This document shows, one piece after another, positions 9,184 to 20,050 of a DNA stretch of 64,000 nt. Within the stretch, counting starts at the first letter, position 1. Every line of letters begins with the position of its first letter. Below the pieces are notes generated by a model, which made no database searches, was not told where the DNA came from, and saw only the letters and a list, made by a program, of their open reading frames with translations. This DNA comes from an uncultured delta proteobacterium (GTDB lineage Bacteria; Desulfobacterota; BSN033; UBA1163), in NCBI GenBank assembly GCA_963708295.1, contig CAVPSJ010000020.1, positions 32,001 to 96,000 on the forward strand, read 5' to 3'. A program made the translations under genes and the position numbers.

Positions 9184-10953
9184 TTACTCTGAAATATTGT
9201 GGGGGAGCGGTTCTGTCTTAACGGCTGGGAGGATGAAGTGAAAGGTCGCTCCCTTCCCCACTTCCGATTCCACCCAGATGCGTCCTCCGTGGCGTTCCAC
9301 AATCTTTTTGCAGATCGCCAATCCGATGCCGGTACCGGCATACTCCTGCCGGCTGTGAAGCCGCTGAAAGATGACGAAGATGCGCTCGGCGTACTCCGCG
9401 GCAATGCCAATGCCGTTGTCCCTTACGGAAAAGGTCCAGCCGTTGCCGTTTCGGCTGGCCGAGATGTGAATGCGGGGTGGCTCGTTGCCCCGGAACTTGA
9501 CGGCGTTTCCGATCAGGTTTTGGAACAGCTGCCCGAGCTGGGGGCGGTCAGCCATCACCATCGGGAGAGGGTCGTGGGTGACCAGGGCCCCATTTTCTTC
9601 GATGGTGACCTTCAGGTCGTCGACGGACTGGGCGAGGACCTCTCGGGAGTCGGTGGGGGAAAATTCCTTGCCTTGCGTTCCCACGCGGGAGTAGGCCAGC
9701 AGGTCATTGATCAGCTTCCACATGCGGATGGCCCCGTCCGCAGCGAAGCGGATGAACTCGTCGGCGTCGGAATCGAGCTTACCTTCGTATCGCTTGGACA
9801 GCAGCTGGACATAACTCGTCACCGTGCGCAGCGGTTCCTGAAGGTCATGGGAGGCCACATAGGCAAATTGCTCCAGGTCTTCATTCGACCGGGCCAGTTC
9901 CTCGGTTTTCTTTTTCAGGGCCTTCTCCACCCCTTTGCGCTCGGTGATATCGTGCGCAATCGCTCGCACCACGGGCGAGATAACACCTTCCGTACGGAGC
10001 GTATTGTGGTATTCCCAGATGCGGTATTCACCATCGGCGGTCCGAATCCGGAAGAGCCCTTTAGCGACACGGTACTTCTGGATCGTATCAAGGTATGCGG
10101 CGAATTCGTCCCCGGACCGAGCTTCTAACAAATCTCGAATATTCTTGTTCAGAAGGTCTCTCTTGTTGTACCCAAGAAGTTTTACGCCCTCCTGGTTTAC
10201 GGAGAGAATCTGACCTTGGAGGTCATGCGTGCAGATCAAGTATTGGCTGCGCTCTACCAGGTCTCGATAGAGGTCTTCGCTCTCGCGAAGGGCATCTTCC
10301 GTCTGCTTGCGCTCCTTCATCTGTGTGATCAGCTGCTCGTAAGCCTGCCGATAGCGATTCTCGGATTCTTTAAGGCTCCGCTGATGATTGAGCAATCTCT
10401 GCTGGGCGTGGCGGAATCCGTGTTCCAGAAAGACGGCGATCAAACCTACCACAAAAAGTGATATGAGAAATCGATATTTCAGCTCCTGAATTTCAAATGA
10501 GGGGATTGTTTGAAAATCAAAATGAAGGATGAAAAAAGCCAGAATGCCGTAGAAGACGGACACCCAGATCAGTCCCTCGGTCAAACCGACTGCAAAGAAG
10601 ACCAGGAGAGGGTAAATATAGCACCATCCGATTCGACTGAAACTCGATTGAAAGCCGATCTCGTAGAGAAGGGTAATGCCAACCGCTGCAATGAACAGCC
10701 TAAAAGAAACGGAGTAGATCTTATATTCCAGTTTCTCGTCGGCTCTCCTCCTGATGACAAAGCCAAGGAAGATGACGATCAGAAGCATGGCCCAATTCAA
10801 AAGAGCTACGAAGTAATTGCCTTTGATGAGATTGTACAGGATCATTCCGCATACAAGAGGGATTCCGAGGTAAACGCTGATTCTCACCGTAGACCGCTTC
10901 CGGTGCTTCAACAATTTGAATTGATCCATGTCGGGAACGTTAGGATCTGTCAT
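9184..10953 (-). CDS. Membrane-bound PAS sensor histidine kinase
   Basis: 5-6 TM helices, PAS domain, H-box SHDLQEPLR, N/G boxes NAVKF, DNGIGI, GTGIGL. Confidence 0.9.
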   Translation of the reverse strand: MTDPNVPDMDQFKLLKHRKRSTVRISVYLGIPLVCGMILYNLIKGNYFVALLNWAMLLIVIFLGFVIRRRADEKLEYKIYSVSFRLFIAAVGITLLYEIGFQSSFSRIGWCYIYPLLVFFAVGLTEGLIWVSVFYGILAFFILHFDFQTIPSFEIQELKYRFLISLFVVGLIAVFLEHGFRHAQQRLLNHQRSLKESENRYRQAYEQLITQMKERKQTEDALRESEDLYRDLVERSQYLICTHDLQGQILSVNQEGVKLLGYNKRDLLNKNIRDLLEARSGDEFAAYLDTIQKYRVAKGLFRIRTADGEYRIWEYHNTLRTEGVISPVVRAIAHDITERKGVEKALKKKTEELARSNEDLEQFAYVASHDLQEPLRTVTSYVQLLSKRYEGKLDSDADEFIRFAADGAIRMWKLINDLLAYSRVGTQGKEFSPTDSREVLAQSVDDLKVTIEENGALVTHDPLPMVMADRPQLGQLFQNLIGNAVKFRGNEPPRIHISASRNGNGWTFSVRDNGIGIAAEYAERIFVIFQRLHSRQEYAGTGIGLAICKKIVERHGGRIWVESEVGKGATFHFILPAVKTEPLPHNISE

Positions 10954-11186
10954 ACGAATGTTTTGTCCTTTGAGACGGTCAAGACCGTTCCTGAACAGCA
11001 AAAACTCTTAACTTCTATCTTCCATGGATGCAAGAAAGCCGTGGTTCATTGAGATAGACCACAGCCCCCTTCATTTTGATTCCCAATGGCTCAGCAACAT
11101 AGCGGTTTCTGAAGAGTTTTCCATCGCACGATCACCTGGAGTTTGTTTTTGTCGTGAAATACTCATAAGAAACCTATTTTATAGCC

Positions 11187-11202
11187 AGCAATTCTAGTGC
11201 CG
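11187..11202 (-). promoter_or_regulatory. Putative sigma54 (-24/-12) promoter
   Basis: Minus strand CGGCACTAGAATTGCT has GG-N10-GC spacing, about 235 bp upstream of the kinase. Confidence 0.55.
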
Positions 11203-11546
11203 AAACTGAAAAAGTCTCAAAATTGTTGGATATTACAGCATTTTTAGAAAAATGAGGATTCTGGGCAGGGTTGACGAAGTGCCCTTTTTTGTCGCTAAAC
11301 GATCCTCGTTTAGTGGGGGCGTTAAGATTCGCCAAAGGAACCGGAGAATTACGGATGGCCCTTTTTCAATAACTTCCACTTCTTTAAACCTCAAAAATGG
11401 TTTATATTAAAACCTAAAATGGAAGGTGAGAGGCGGGATTATTGGCACACGATCAAATTTGCTTTAGGGAGCGCATCGATGCCCTCCTCACAATACGAGG
11501 AAGGGAAAATGGAAGGGGCCATCCCATCGGCGAGGAGGTATAAGGC

Positions 11547-12305
11547 ATGAGCATCGTTCGAAAGGTTGCTGTCGTTACGGGAGCGGGAACCGGAATCGGG
11601 AAAGGTACGGCCTTGGCTCTTTTGCGAGAAGGGTATTCGGTTGTCCTAGCCGGGCGCCGTGCGGAGCCTTTGGAAATGGCGGTGAGAGAGGCTGGGCCGT
11701 GTGGATCGGAAGCACGGGCCGTACCTACCGATATAAGTGAACCCGCCTCGGTCCATAGGCTGTTTATGAAGACAAAGGAGATCTTCTCCCGGCTCGACCT
11801 GTTGTTTAACAATGCGGGAACCGGCGCGCCCCCCATCCCTCTGGAAGATCTGACCTATGAGCAATGGAGATCGGTTGTAGACGTCAATCTGACCGGAGCA
11901 TTTCTGTGCACCCAGGAAGCCTTCAAGCTGATGAAGAGCCAGACTCCCCGCGGAGGGCGCATCATCAATAACGGATCCATCTCCGCTCACGCGCCGCGGC
12001 CGAACTCTGCTCCGTATACGGCCACCAAGCATGCGATCACAGGTCTTACCAAGGCAACGGCTCTTGACGGGCGCAAGTACGATATTGCGTGCGGCCAGAT
12101 CGATATCGGCAACGCTGGGACCGAGATGGCTCTACCGATGAGAGCCGGCATTCTGCAGGCCAGCGGCATGATTGCGGTTGAACCGACGATGGATGTCGAG
12201 CATGTCGCCAGTGCAGTGGTCTACATGGCCAGCCTGCCGCTGGATGCGAACGTACAATTCATGACCATCATGGCGACCAAGATGCCTTTTATCGGGCGAG
12301 GATGA
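11547..12305 (+). CDS. SDR family oxidoreductase
   Basis: [12 protein letters not shown] and YTATK motifs. Confidence 0.92.
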   Translation: MSIVRKVAVVTGAGTGIGKGTALALLREGYSVVLAGRRAEPLEMAVREAGPCGSEARAVPTDISEPASVHRLFMKTKEIFSRLDLLFNNAGTGAPPIPLEDLTYEQWRSVVDVNLTGAFLCTQEAFKLMKSQTPRGGRIINNGSISAHAPRPNSAPYTATKHAITGLTKATALDGRKYDIACGQIDIGNAGTEMALPMRAGILQASGMIAVEPTMDVEHVASAVVYMASLPLDANVQFMTIMATKMPFIGRG

Positions 12306-12332
12306 CCGGGAGAGGAGTAGCGCAGATACCCC

Positions 12333-12614
12333 ATGGTGTGGATCGTCTTAGGAGTCCTCGCGGCTTCATTGACCATGTTCGGGTTTGTCCCGCAAATCAT
12401 CAAGATGTGGAAAACCCACTCGGCCAAGGATGTGAGCGGACTCACCCTCATCCAATTTGGTGTCGGGGTTACGCTATGGATGTTGTACGGAATCCATCGC
12501 AAAGATTTTATTATCATCGGCGCCAACGCCGTATCCTTAGCGACTCTCCTCATCGCGTTAGGATATTATGTCAAGCTCAATCGGAGGACTCAAGCCAAGA
12601 GGAAAGGAGAATGA
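12333..12614 (+). CDS. SemiSWEET/PQ-loop transporter
   Basis: 93 aa, 3 TM, FVPQIIK..SAKDVS..LWMLYG..ANAV. Confidence 0.88.
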   Translation: MVWIVLGVLAASLTMFGFVPQIIKMWKTHSAKDVSGLTLIQFGVGVTLWMLYGIHRKDFIIIGANAVSLATLLIALGYYVKLNRRTQAKRKGE

Positions 12615-12724
12615 GGTCGAGGGGTCGGTTTTTCATTCGGCTGTCTTGGCCCAACCTGGATAACAGGTTATATTAATTCATTCCTTTCGGGCGGGGAAAA
12701 CCTTTGGCGGTCAGAAGAAAGAAG

Positions 12725-13351
12725 ATGAAAAAGATTGGAAGATTCCACGTACTGACCGACACGTGTCTTCAAGCCCAATTTTCCCACCTGGAGCTTGCTC
12801 AGCTTGCTATCGCCGGCGGGGCGGATACGATCCAGTTACGCGAAAAGGCTGCGGAGACAAGGGAGATGATCCGTGTGGCCGAGCAGATACAGGCCCTCTG
12901 CAAGCGAGCCGGCGTCACCTTTATTGTCAATGACCGGGTGGACGTGGCCATCGCTTCTCGTGCCGATGGTGTTCATCTGGGGCAGAACGATTTCCCGATC
13001 CCCCTTGCCAGAACCCTCCTGGGGGAGGGGGCCATCATCGGCGGTTCGGCAGGAAACATGGAAGAGGCCCGGAAGTGCCTCTTGGAAGGTGCGGATTACA
13101 TCGGTTTCGGCCCTGTCTACCTCACGACCTCCAAAGAAGATGCAGGCCCAGCGAGCGGGCTTGACCTCCTGAAACAGGTCGTCGAAGAGATCCCCCTGCC
13201 TATCGTTGCCATCGGTGGTATCACGAGAGAGAATGCGTCACGGGTGATCCAGGCAGGAGGCCATGGAATTGCCGTGATCTCTGCTGTCTGCTGTCAAAAA
13301 GATCCTGCGGAGGCAGCCCAATGCCTGCGCCGCTTGCTGGAGGGCGATTGA
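12725..13351 (+). CDS. thiE: Thiamine-phosphate synthase
   Basis: QLREK, IVNDRVDVA, GVHLGQND, AIGGI. Confidence 0.93.
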   Translation: MKKIGRFHVLTDTCLQAQFSHLELAQLAIAGGADTIQLREKAAETREMIRVAEQIQALCKRAGVTFIVNDRVDVAIASRADGVHLGQNDFPIPLARTLLGEGAIIGGSAGNMEEARKCLLEGADYIGFGPVYLTTSKEDAGPASGLDLLKQVVEEIPLPIVAIGGITRENASRVIQAGGHGIAVISAVCCQKDPAEAAQCLRRLLEGD

Positions 13352-14395
13352 ATGCCTGAGAAGGTGGGGGATATCGGGGAGTTCGGGCTTATTCGGAGAA
13401 TCGACCATCTCCTGATTCATGAGGGTATTCGTTCTGAACGGGTGACCCTTGGAATCGGCGATGATACGGCCTCCTTTCTTCCACGCCCCGGGTATGAGGT
13501 TTTGGTTACGTGTGATTCCGTAGTGGAAGGCCGTCACTACTTGCCCGGAAAGATCAGTCCCTTGGATCTGGGGAGGCGGGCGATGGACCTAAATATCAGC
13601 GACATCGGAGCCATGGGAGGAAGGCCTCTCTATGCCCTCATTTCACTCGGACTGAGAGCGGATGTCCCTGTCCAGGATGTCGAAGAGATGTATCGCGGCT
13701 TTCTCAGGGAGCTAAACCCTTTTGACGCTTCTATCATCGGCGGAAACCTCACCCAATCCGGGGATGGGATGTTCATCGATATTACCTTGATCGGCGAGGT
13801 GGAGCAGGGAAAAGGAGTGCGACGTTCCGGGGCAAGACCGGGAGATGTCATCTGGGTTACCGGATATCCGGGCCAGGCGGCTGCGGGTCTGCAGCTCTTA
13901 CTTCGTGCACCGGAGGACTCACAGATATTAGGACATCCTTTGGTCAAGATTTATACCAACCCCTCCCATCGAGCTCGGGTGGGGGAGGCGATCGCAAAAG
14001 CCGGGCACGCTACAGCCATGATCGACACGAGCGATGGATTTCTAGGAGATCTGGGGCATATCTGCGAAGAAAGCAGGGTAGGGGCAGAATTATTCAAAGA
14101 GAAACTTCCTTTGAGTGACGATCTCCGCGAGGCGGCTCTGATGCTTCACCAAGACCCCTATGACTTCTTCCTGGGGGACAGTGATGATTATGAGCTGGTG
14201 ATCACCTGCCGGCCCGAGGGTGCGGCCCCGCTTCGTTCCGTTGTTTCCCGGTGCTGTCCTGTGTTGTTGACAGAGGTCGGAAGGATCACGGAGACGGTGG
14301 GCAACATCGTGCTGCTCCTCCCGGACGGGGACCGACGCTCGATCAACCGTTCGGGATGGGATCATTTTCGACTCATCGGCGGGGCTGGGGGTTGA
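13352..14395 (+). CDS. thiL: Thiamine-monophosphate kinase
   Basis: GEFGLI, GIGDDTA, NISDIGAMGG, MIDTSDG, DYEL. Confidence 0.93.
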   Translation: MPEKVGDIGEFGLIRRIDHLLIHEGIRSERVTLGIGDDTASFLPRPGYEVLVTCDSVVEGRHYLPGKISPLDLGRRAMDLNISDIGAMGGRPLYALISLGLRADVPVQDVEEMYRGFLRELNPFDASIIGGNLTQSGDGMFIDITLIGEVEQGKGVRRSGARPGDVIWVTGYPGQAAAGLQLLLRAPEDSQILGHPLVKIYTNPSHRARVGEAIAKAGHATAMIDTSDGFLGDLGHICEESRVGAELFKEKLPLSDDLREAALMLHQDPYDFFLGDSDDYELVITCRPEGAAPLRSVVSRCCPVLLTEVGRITETVGNIVLLLPDGDRRSINRSGWDHFRLIGGAGG

Positions 14396-14457
14396 GGGTT
14401 CAAGGACGTCTTTTCAGAGGGTAGAGGTTGACCAAAATTCGGAGAGGAAAGAAGAAG

Positions 14458-15270
14458 ATGTTCAACGAAACGATGGCTCAGAAGGCGGCTGAGAATTTGA
14501 AGCTTGTTCGCGAGAAAAGACCGCTCGTCCACAACATCACGAATTATGTCGTCATGAACTATACTGCGAATGCGCTCCTGGCCTGTGGCGCATCCCCGGT
14601 CATGGCCCATGCATCGGAAGAGGTGGAGGAGATGGTTTCCCTGGCAGGCGCATTGGTGCTCAATATTGGGACGCTGAGCCCTCCCTGGGTGGAGGCGATG
14701 CGAAGGGCCGGGAAACGGGCGAACGCGCTCCATGTCCCGGTGATTCTTGATCCGGTGGGCGCCGGGGCAACCCGGCTCCGCACCGATTCTGCAAAGCGGC
14801 TGATTGAAGAGGTTTCGATTCAGGTGATTCGAGGGAACGCTTCGGAGATCCTTTCTCTGGCCGGAGAAAAATCATCCGTTCGCACAAAGGGGGTTGATTC
14901 CGTACACACCGTGGACCAGGTTTCGGAGACGGCGGGAGTTCTTGCCAAGGAGCTCAGGACGACGCTTGCCATCACCGGCCCGGTGGATTTGATCACCGAC
15001 GGCGAGCGGGTCTGCCGCGTGATGAACGGACATGAGATGATGAGTCGCATGACAGGAGCGGGCTGTACCGCGACGGTGGTGATTGGTGCATTTCTCGCCG
15101 TTTGCCCCGACCCTCTGGAGGCAGCGACCACAGGCCTTTCCTATTTTGGCCTGGCGGGCGAAAAGGCCGCGACCAGCGCCATGGGGCCTGGCAGCTTCCA
15201 GATCGCGCTCCTGGACGCCCTCTTTGGGATGAAGGAAGATGAACTCAGGGCGGGAGCTAAAATTGAATAG
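14458..15270 (+). CDS. thiM: Hydroxyethylthiazole kinase
   Basis: PLVHNITNYV, GASPVMA, DPVGAGAT, TGAGC. Confidence 0.94.
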   Translation: MFNETMAQKAAENLKLVREKRPLVHNITNYVVMNYTANALLACGASPVMAHASEEVEEMVSLAGALVLNIGTLSPPWVEAMRRAGKRANALHVPVILDPVGAGATRLRTDSAKRLIEEVSIQVIRGNASEILSLAGEKSSVRTKGVDSVHTVDQVSETAGVLAKELRTTLAITGPVDLITDGERVCRVMNGHEMMSRMTGAGCTATVVIGAFLAVCPDPLEAATTGLSYFGLAGEKAATSAMGPGSFQIALLDALFGMKEDELRAGAKIE

Positions 15271-15426
15271 GAGCGCCTCCCGCTCGTTCTTCGTTCGAGA
15301 GGCAAGAGGACCCGCCTGCCTCTTCTTGCCTCCATCCTGCAAGGCAGGGGGAACGCGCAGCCAGGCGAAATCTCTTGTAGGGGACGCATATATGCGTCCC
15401 CTATGGCGATTGCCAGCAGCCTGTTA
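15271..15426. repeat. Palindromic intergenic repeat with family-B-like end and nested TAGGGGACGCATATATGCGTCCCCTA hairpin
   Basis: Ends CAGCAGCCTGTTA; nested hairpin is shared with about 39837-39863. Confidence 0.55.
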
Positions 15427-16236
15427 ATTCCTCGGATATCCTGGCGGATAGGGCGCATATTCATCTTCATCCCACAGCCTGTTTTCAGGTTCCTGCCTGC
15501 AATTAAGAATTCCTTTCCTGCACAGGACCTCACGCCATTCGTACTTGACGAGGGTTTTCTGGGCCGGCATGAGATCGGGCTCGAAGGCGACTCGGGTGAC
15601 GGGCGAATATTGTTCGTCGCCGAAGCCAGTGCCGGCGCTCTCATCCTTGGCACCTCCCGCTTTGCCCTTTGCGGAGCTCCCGGCTGAGGGCGTTGAAGGT
15701 GTGTTGCCCCGCCTCTTCTGCTCGTACAAGAGCTTTGGTTGTTCTTTTTCCCGGTAGATTGCGACGGCGATGACGCCCATGGCAGTGGAGTCGCTGAAGG
15801 TTCTCATCGTATAGGAGTCGGCTGTGTCGGTGAAATAAAATTTGTGTACCTTATCCCCGGCGGTCCGCCACCCGTCATATTTTCCATGCTCGTAGCCGTT
15901 CACAATGTACATGTCTTCGCTGTTCTTCAAGTCCGATTTTTTGCCTGAAATGATGTTTCTGCCGTCAACGGCGATGACTGCGCCGATCCGGTCGGGTGTC
16001 ATGTTGCGTATGACAATGCCGTAGTTCTCCCCCCGTCTTGCCTCCAGGTACTTCTTGATGACGGTGGTCCCTCCTTTCGAAAAATCCTTGTGCGGGAGGG
16101 TCAGGAAGTTGCTCCCTTTTTCCGAGACAATCTCGATGCTCACCTCCCCCCTTAACCCGCCTCCGATATGGCCGCCCGCGGGCAGTGCCGCTGTCATGAG
16201 GACGACTGCAATGATGGATCCCAATAAGTAGCGCAT
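15424..16236 (-). CDS. Conserved-looking secreted hypothetical protein
   Basis: Signal peptide, RBS AAAGGAGG; VIAVDGRNIISG and GVIAVAIYRE segments. Confidence 0.75.
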   Translation of the reverse strand: MRYLLGSIIAVVLMTAALPAGGHIGGGLRGEVSIEIVSEKGSNFLTLPHKDFSKGGTTVIKKYLEARRGENYGIVIRNMTPDRIGAVIAVDGRNIISGKKSDLKNSEDMYIVNGYEHGKYDGWRTAGDKVHKFYFTDTADSYTMRTFSDSTAMGVIAVAIYREKEQPKLLYEQKRRGNTPSTPSAGSSAKGKAGGAKDESAGTGFGDEQYSPVTRVAFEPDLMPAQKTLVKYEWREVLCRKGILNCRQEPENRLWDEDEYAPYPPGYPRN

Positions 16237-16261
16237 GGTGCTCCTCCTTTCTGTTTGATCT

Positions 16262-16500
16262 TTAGCAGATTGGTGAAAAATGGCCATCTGCTGCGTTTCC
16301 CTCATCCTTCCCCGTGTCAAGCACGGGGCAGGCTTATTGCAGCGTACAGCCAAGTACGCCTCAAGCCGACTCACCAACTCGTCGGCGTGGCAAGATGTCG
16401 CTCCTTACTCGTCGCGACGCCACTCTCAGGATTTCGGGGGCCTTGCATCTGGCCCTTTTTGAGCAATCTGGAAAAGATGGCGTTTTCAGCAGACTGTTAG
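16262..16500. mobile_element. MITE-like repeat, family B, with nested hairpin insertions
   Basis: Same scaffold as 5789-5940 plus an inserted CCCGTGTCAAGCACGGG hairpin and a ~60-bp insert. Confidence 0.75.
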
Positions 16501-16635
16501 TCCAATAGACAACAGAGACCCTGAAAAAGTTCCCGTCCCCCTCTCCTTTGCCTGGAGTTCTTTGCTTTAATTTTCGGGTTTTGAATGTTAGGATTAATGA
16601 CAAGAGTTATTTCTCTAAGAGAGGAGGAGATTGCG

Positions 16636-17223
16636 ATGTCTTTAGTTGGCAGGCCTGCCCCGGATTTTGAGCTGGAAGGCTATTTTAACGGGCAATTCAG
16701 CAAATACAAGTTGTCGGATGACAGAAGGAAATGGGTCCTTCTTCTTTTCTATCCGCTCGATTTCACCTTTGTCTGTCCCACCGAAGTGCTCAACTTTTCT
16801 GCAGCGGCTGAGAATCTCGCCAAACTCAATTGTCAGATTTTCGGCATCTCCGTGGACTCGATTTATGTCCACAAAGCGTGGGTTGATTCGAAACGCGAGG
16901 ATGGCGGCCTTGGCGGAAGCCTCAACTTTCCGTTGCTCTCCGACCTGAATAAGGTGACGACACGAGACTATGGCATCCTCATGGAGGCGGAGGGAGTGGC
17001 CCTTCGAGGGCTTTTTCTGATTAGCCCTGATGGCGTCATCATGCATTCTACCATCAATAGCCTATCGGTGGGGCGCTCCGTCAGCGAAGCGACGCGGGTG
17101 CTAAAAGCCTTCCAATTCGTCAGCATGAACGATGGGCTGGTCTGCCCTGCGGACTGGGAGGAAGGAAAAGATAGCATGGCTGCCAATTCGGATGGGTTGA
17201 AAAAATACCTGGTCAGCCATTAA
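16636..17223 (+). CDS. 2-Cys peroxiredoxin (AhpC/TSA)
   Basis: FYPLDFTFVCPTE and VCPADW. Confidence 0.92.
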   Translation: MSLVGRPAPDFELEGYFNGQFSKYKLSDDRRKWVLLLFYPLDFTFVCPTEVLNFSAAAENLAKLNCQIFGISVDSIYVHKAWVDSKREDGGLGGSLNFPLLSDLNKVTTRDYGILMEAEGVALRGLFLISPDGVIMHSTINSLSVGRSVSEATRVLKAFQFVSMNDGLVCPADWEEGKDSMAANSDGLKKYLVSH

Positions 17224-17263
17224 AAAGGCAAGGGTCGCGGTGAATTTGCGCGATGCGGGACGC

Positions 17264-19340
17264 TTATTGAGCATCGGTTAGAATGATCCGGGCATCGACT
17301 GCGATCGCTCCTTTCTCAAGCGCTTTGACAGGATTGATATCCACTCCTCTGATCTCGGGGAAATCTATCATGAGCTGAGAAAGCCTGAGAAGGTTCTCAA
17401 CCAATCCACCGATATCGAGAGGCTTTTGTCCTCGGACCCCTTTGAGGATGCTTGACGTCTTCAACTCTGAAATCATCTCCTCTGCCTCGGACCGATTGAT
17501 CGGAGCCACCCGGAGAGAAGTCTCCTTGAAGACCTCCACATAAATTCCCCCCAGCCCGAAGAGAACCACCGGACCAAAAGAAGGGTCTCGTTTTGCCCCT
17601 AAGATCACTTCTCTACCCTGTGAGATCATCTTCTGAACGAGAATACCGGATGGATCTCCATCTGCCAGTCGTTGGATCTCTTGGTACGCCTCCTCTGCCT
17701 CCGGGAGGCTGCTAACATTAAGAATGACTCCCCCCATGTCAGACTTATGTGAGATCTTGGGAGAGATGATTTTGAGGGCAACGGGTCCTTCGATCTGGCC
17801 CATCGCCTTTTTTAAATCCTCTTTTCGATCAACTACCCGGTAATCCGCCACCGGGATGCCGTAGGCCTGGAGCACCTCGAAGGCCTCGGGGAGGAGGAGA
17901 TCTCTCTTCTCTCCTCTTGCTTTTTGAAGGAGGAACTTTGCCCGGACGACTTCCACAGGATAGAGAGGGGGTTTTTCTCTTAAAATGTTTTGCTTCCGAT
18001 AGTGCTCCCTGGAAACAGCCAATGCCCCCAAGGCCTCACTGGGCTCCGTAAAGATCGGGTAGTCGATCGTCCTTTTGACATAGGCCAATTCTTCCTCGTC
18101 GGTAAAATAGCACAGAGCCACTGGTTTTTGATAGCGGAGGGAAAGTTCCTTAACGGCATGAATCAATTTCCGGGAAGGCTCCTTTTCGTCTCCGGCGGCT
18201 CCATGCTGGAAAAGCACCCCATCCACTTCGTTAATTCTCAGGACCTGGTCAAGAATCTTCGTGTAGAGATCAAAATCGAAGAGGTCTCCCAGGTCGAGAG
18301 GGTTGGTGGGCTGGATGACTTTCGCCCTGAAGTAACTGTGAATAAGTCCCGTGAGCTCCTTTGCCAGGGGGAAGGAGTCGGAAGCCATAGCGTTCGGCAG
18401 AATCAGCAGCGACGATGGCAATGCCTCCGGAGCGGGAGAGGGCGATCAGGTTGTTTCCCTTCATGGCAGGAAGGGAGAGGATCTTAACCGCACTCACAAA
18501 GGATCGAAAATCTTTCGTCCGGATGATGTCCGACTGCTTCGTTGCTGCATCCACCACCCGGTCATCGTTTGCCAGGGCCGAGGTATGAAGCTTGGCGATC
18601 TCGTGGCTTCCTTCGCCAATATTGGCTTTATGGAGGATCATCGGTTTAGGAGTGGATCGTGCCAGCTCCATGAGTTCCCTTCCTCTTTCAAGGCTCTCCA
18701 GGTAGAGGCCGATGATTTCGGTCTGCGGGTCCTGGATGAGATAGTTGAGGTAATCCACCTCGTTGAGATCCCGTTTGTTCCCCATGCTCACCACTTTTGC
18801 AATCCCCACATTGGCGCTGGCAAGAAGGTTCAAATAGAGTAAGGATACTCCGCCGCTCTGGGCCAGGACAGAGACTTTCCCTTTGTTGATCACTCGCCCC
18901 TTCAGCTTGACAAAAGGGACGACAAAACCGTTTTCGATATTGATAATTCCGATTCCATTGGGCCCGACCATTCGTATTCCCCACTTTTTCGCGATGCGGT
19001 GGACCTCCTTCTCCAGGGCGGCGCCTTCTTCCGAATATTCGCTAAACCCCCCCGATTCAACGATGGCCCAGCGGATTTTCTTCTTCCCGCAGGCTTCCAA
19101 TATTCCCGGTACGGTTTGAGCCGGGGTGAGGATGACCGCCACATCGATCCCTTCTTTGAGATCTTCGATGGAGGTGCAGAATCTCCTTCCGAAAAGAATT
19201 CCTTCTTTTTGGCCGACCAAAAAGATTTCTCCGTTAAATTGAAATTCGAAGAGGTTTTCGACGATGTTTCGGCTGAGGTTGTTGGGGTTCTCGGAGACGC
19301 CGATCACGACCACCGATTTTGGATAGAAGAGTTGATCCAC
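17264..19340 (-). CDS. ADP-forming acyl-CoA synthetase (acetate-CoA ligase family), frameshift near 18370
   Basis: CoA-binding FYPKSVVVIG, AQSGG, NPLDLG; C-terminal ATP-grasp ISHKSDMGGV, DINP; GTG start with AAAGGAGG. Confidence 0.85.
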
Positions 19341-19611
19341 GTTTTGCCTCCTTTCTATGGAAGAGATCATATCTTGATGATGCGAGGTTTTCAACAAAAA
19401 AGAAGACATTTCTAATTTGGCTTGGCAATCCGGAATGCGGTGGGTGACAAGTCTTCGTTCCGCCGTATCGCCGTTAAGCTTTTCAAATGTCATTCCCTCT
19501 CCGACATACCCCTTCCGGGGTGATATTGGTGACGGTCTCAAACATCTCAAGTGGTGCCCGGGGTGTTTAAGAATACACAGGGTCTTGCCAAAAAATACAG
19601 TGTATACCCCA

Positions 19612-19639
19612 TTGACTTTTCTTCCCATGTGGGTAAATT
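19612..19639 (+). promoter_or_regulatory. Putative sigma70 promoter giving a near-leaderless transcript
   Basis: TTGACT-16nt-TAAATT ending 8 nt before ATG 19648; no SD sequence. Confidence 0.4.
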
Positions 19640-19647
19640 GCTGTATT

Positions 19648-19912
19648 ATGAAGAGAAAACTTGTCTGTCTCCTGCTCATTTGCTTCTCTCTTCTCCATCC
19701 TGGGACTTGCATTTCATCACCATGCGGATGGAGTCCCCCATGACAATTGCTCTATCTGCTCTTATGTCTCCCACCATTCAAATTTGGTCATTCAGGATTT
19801 TCCTCAAATTTCATTACTCTCTTCAAATGTTTTGTTCATCTCCGTGGAAAATACGGTCAACATCTCATGCCTATGTTACCATCCCTGTTCAAATCGAGCC
19901 CCTCCTGCATAA
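19648..19912 (+). CDS. DUF2946-like metal-binding leader protein ending in RAPP (1-nt frameshift near 19687)
   Basis: MKRKLVCLLLICF / FSILGLAFHHHADGVPHDNCSIC...SNRAPPA*. Confidence 0.7.
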
Positions 19913-20050
19913 AGGACAAACCGGAATTTGATTCTTCAACGTGTACAGGACCATGTGATGTCATCCTCTCTCTTTCTCTTGTTGATGGATGCATGACAGG
20001 GGAATAATTCTATCTTAAATCGACAGTATCGAATGCATGGAGGAATCAAA

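Noticed and set aside
9199-10128. 309-aa antisense ORF and similar long shadow ORFs (1267-2364, 48018-49019)
   Set aside because: Lie opposite well-supported genes and show no motifs
11442-11463. TGGCAC...TTGC sigma54-like motif before the SDR gene
   Set aside because: Spacing is 5 nt too long for -24/-12
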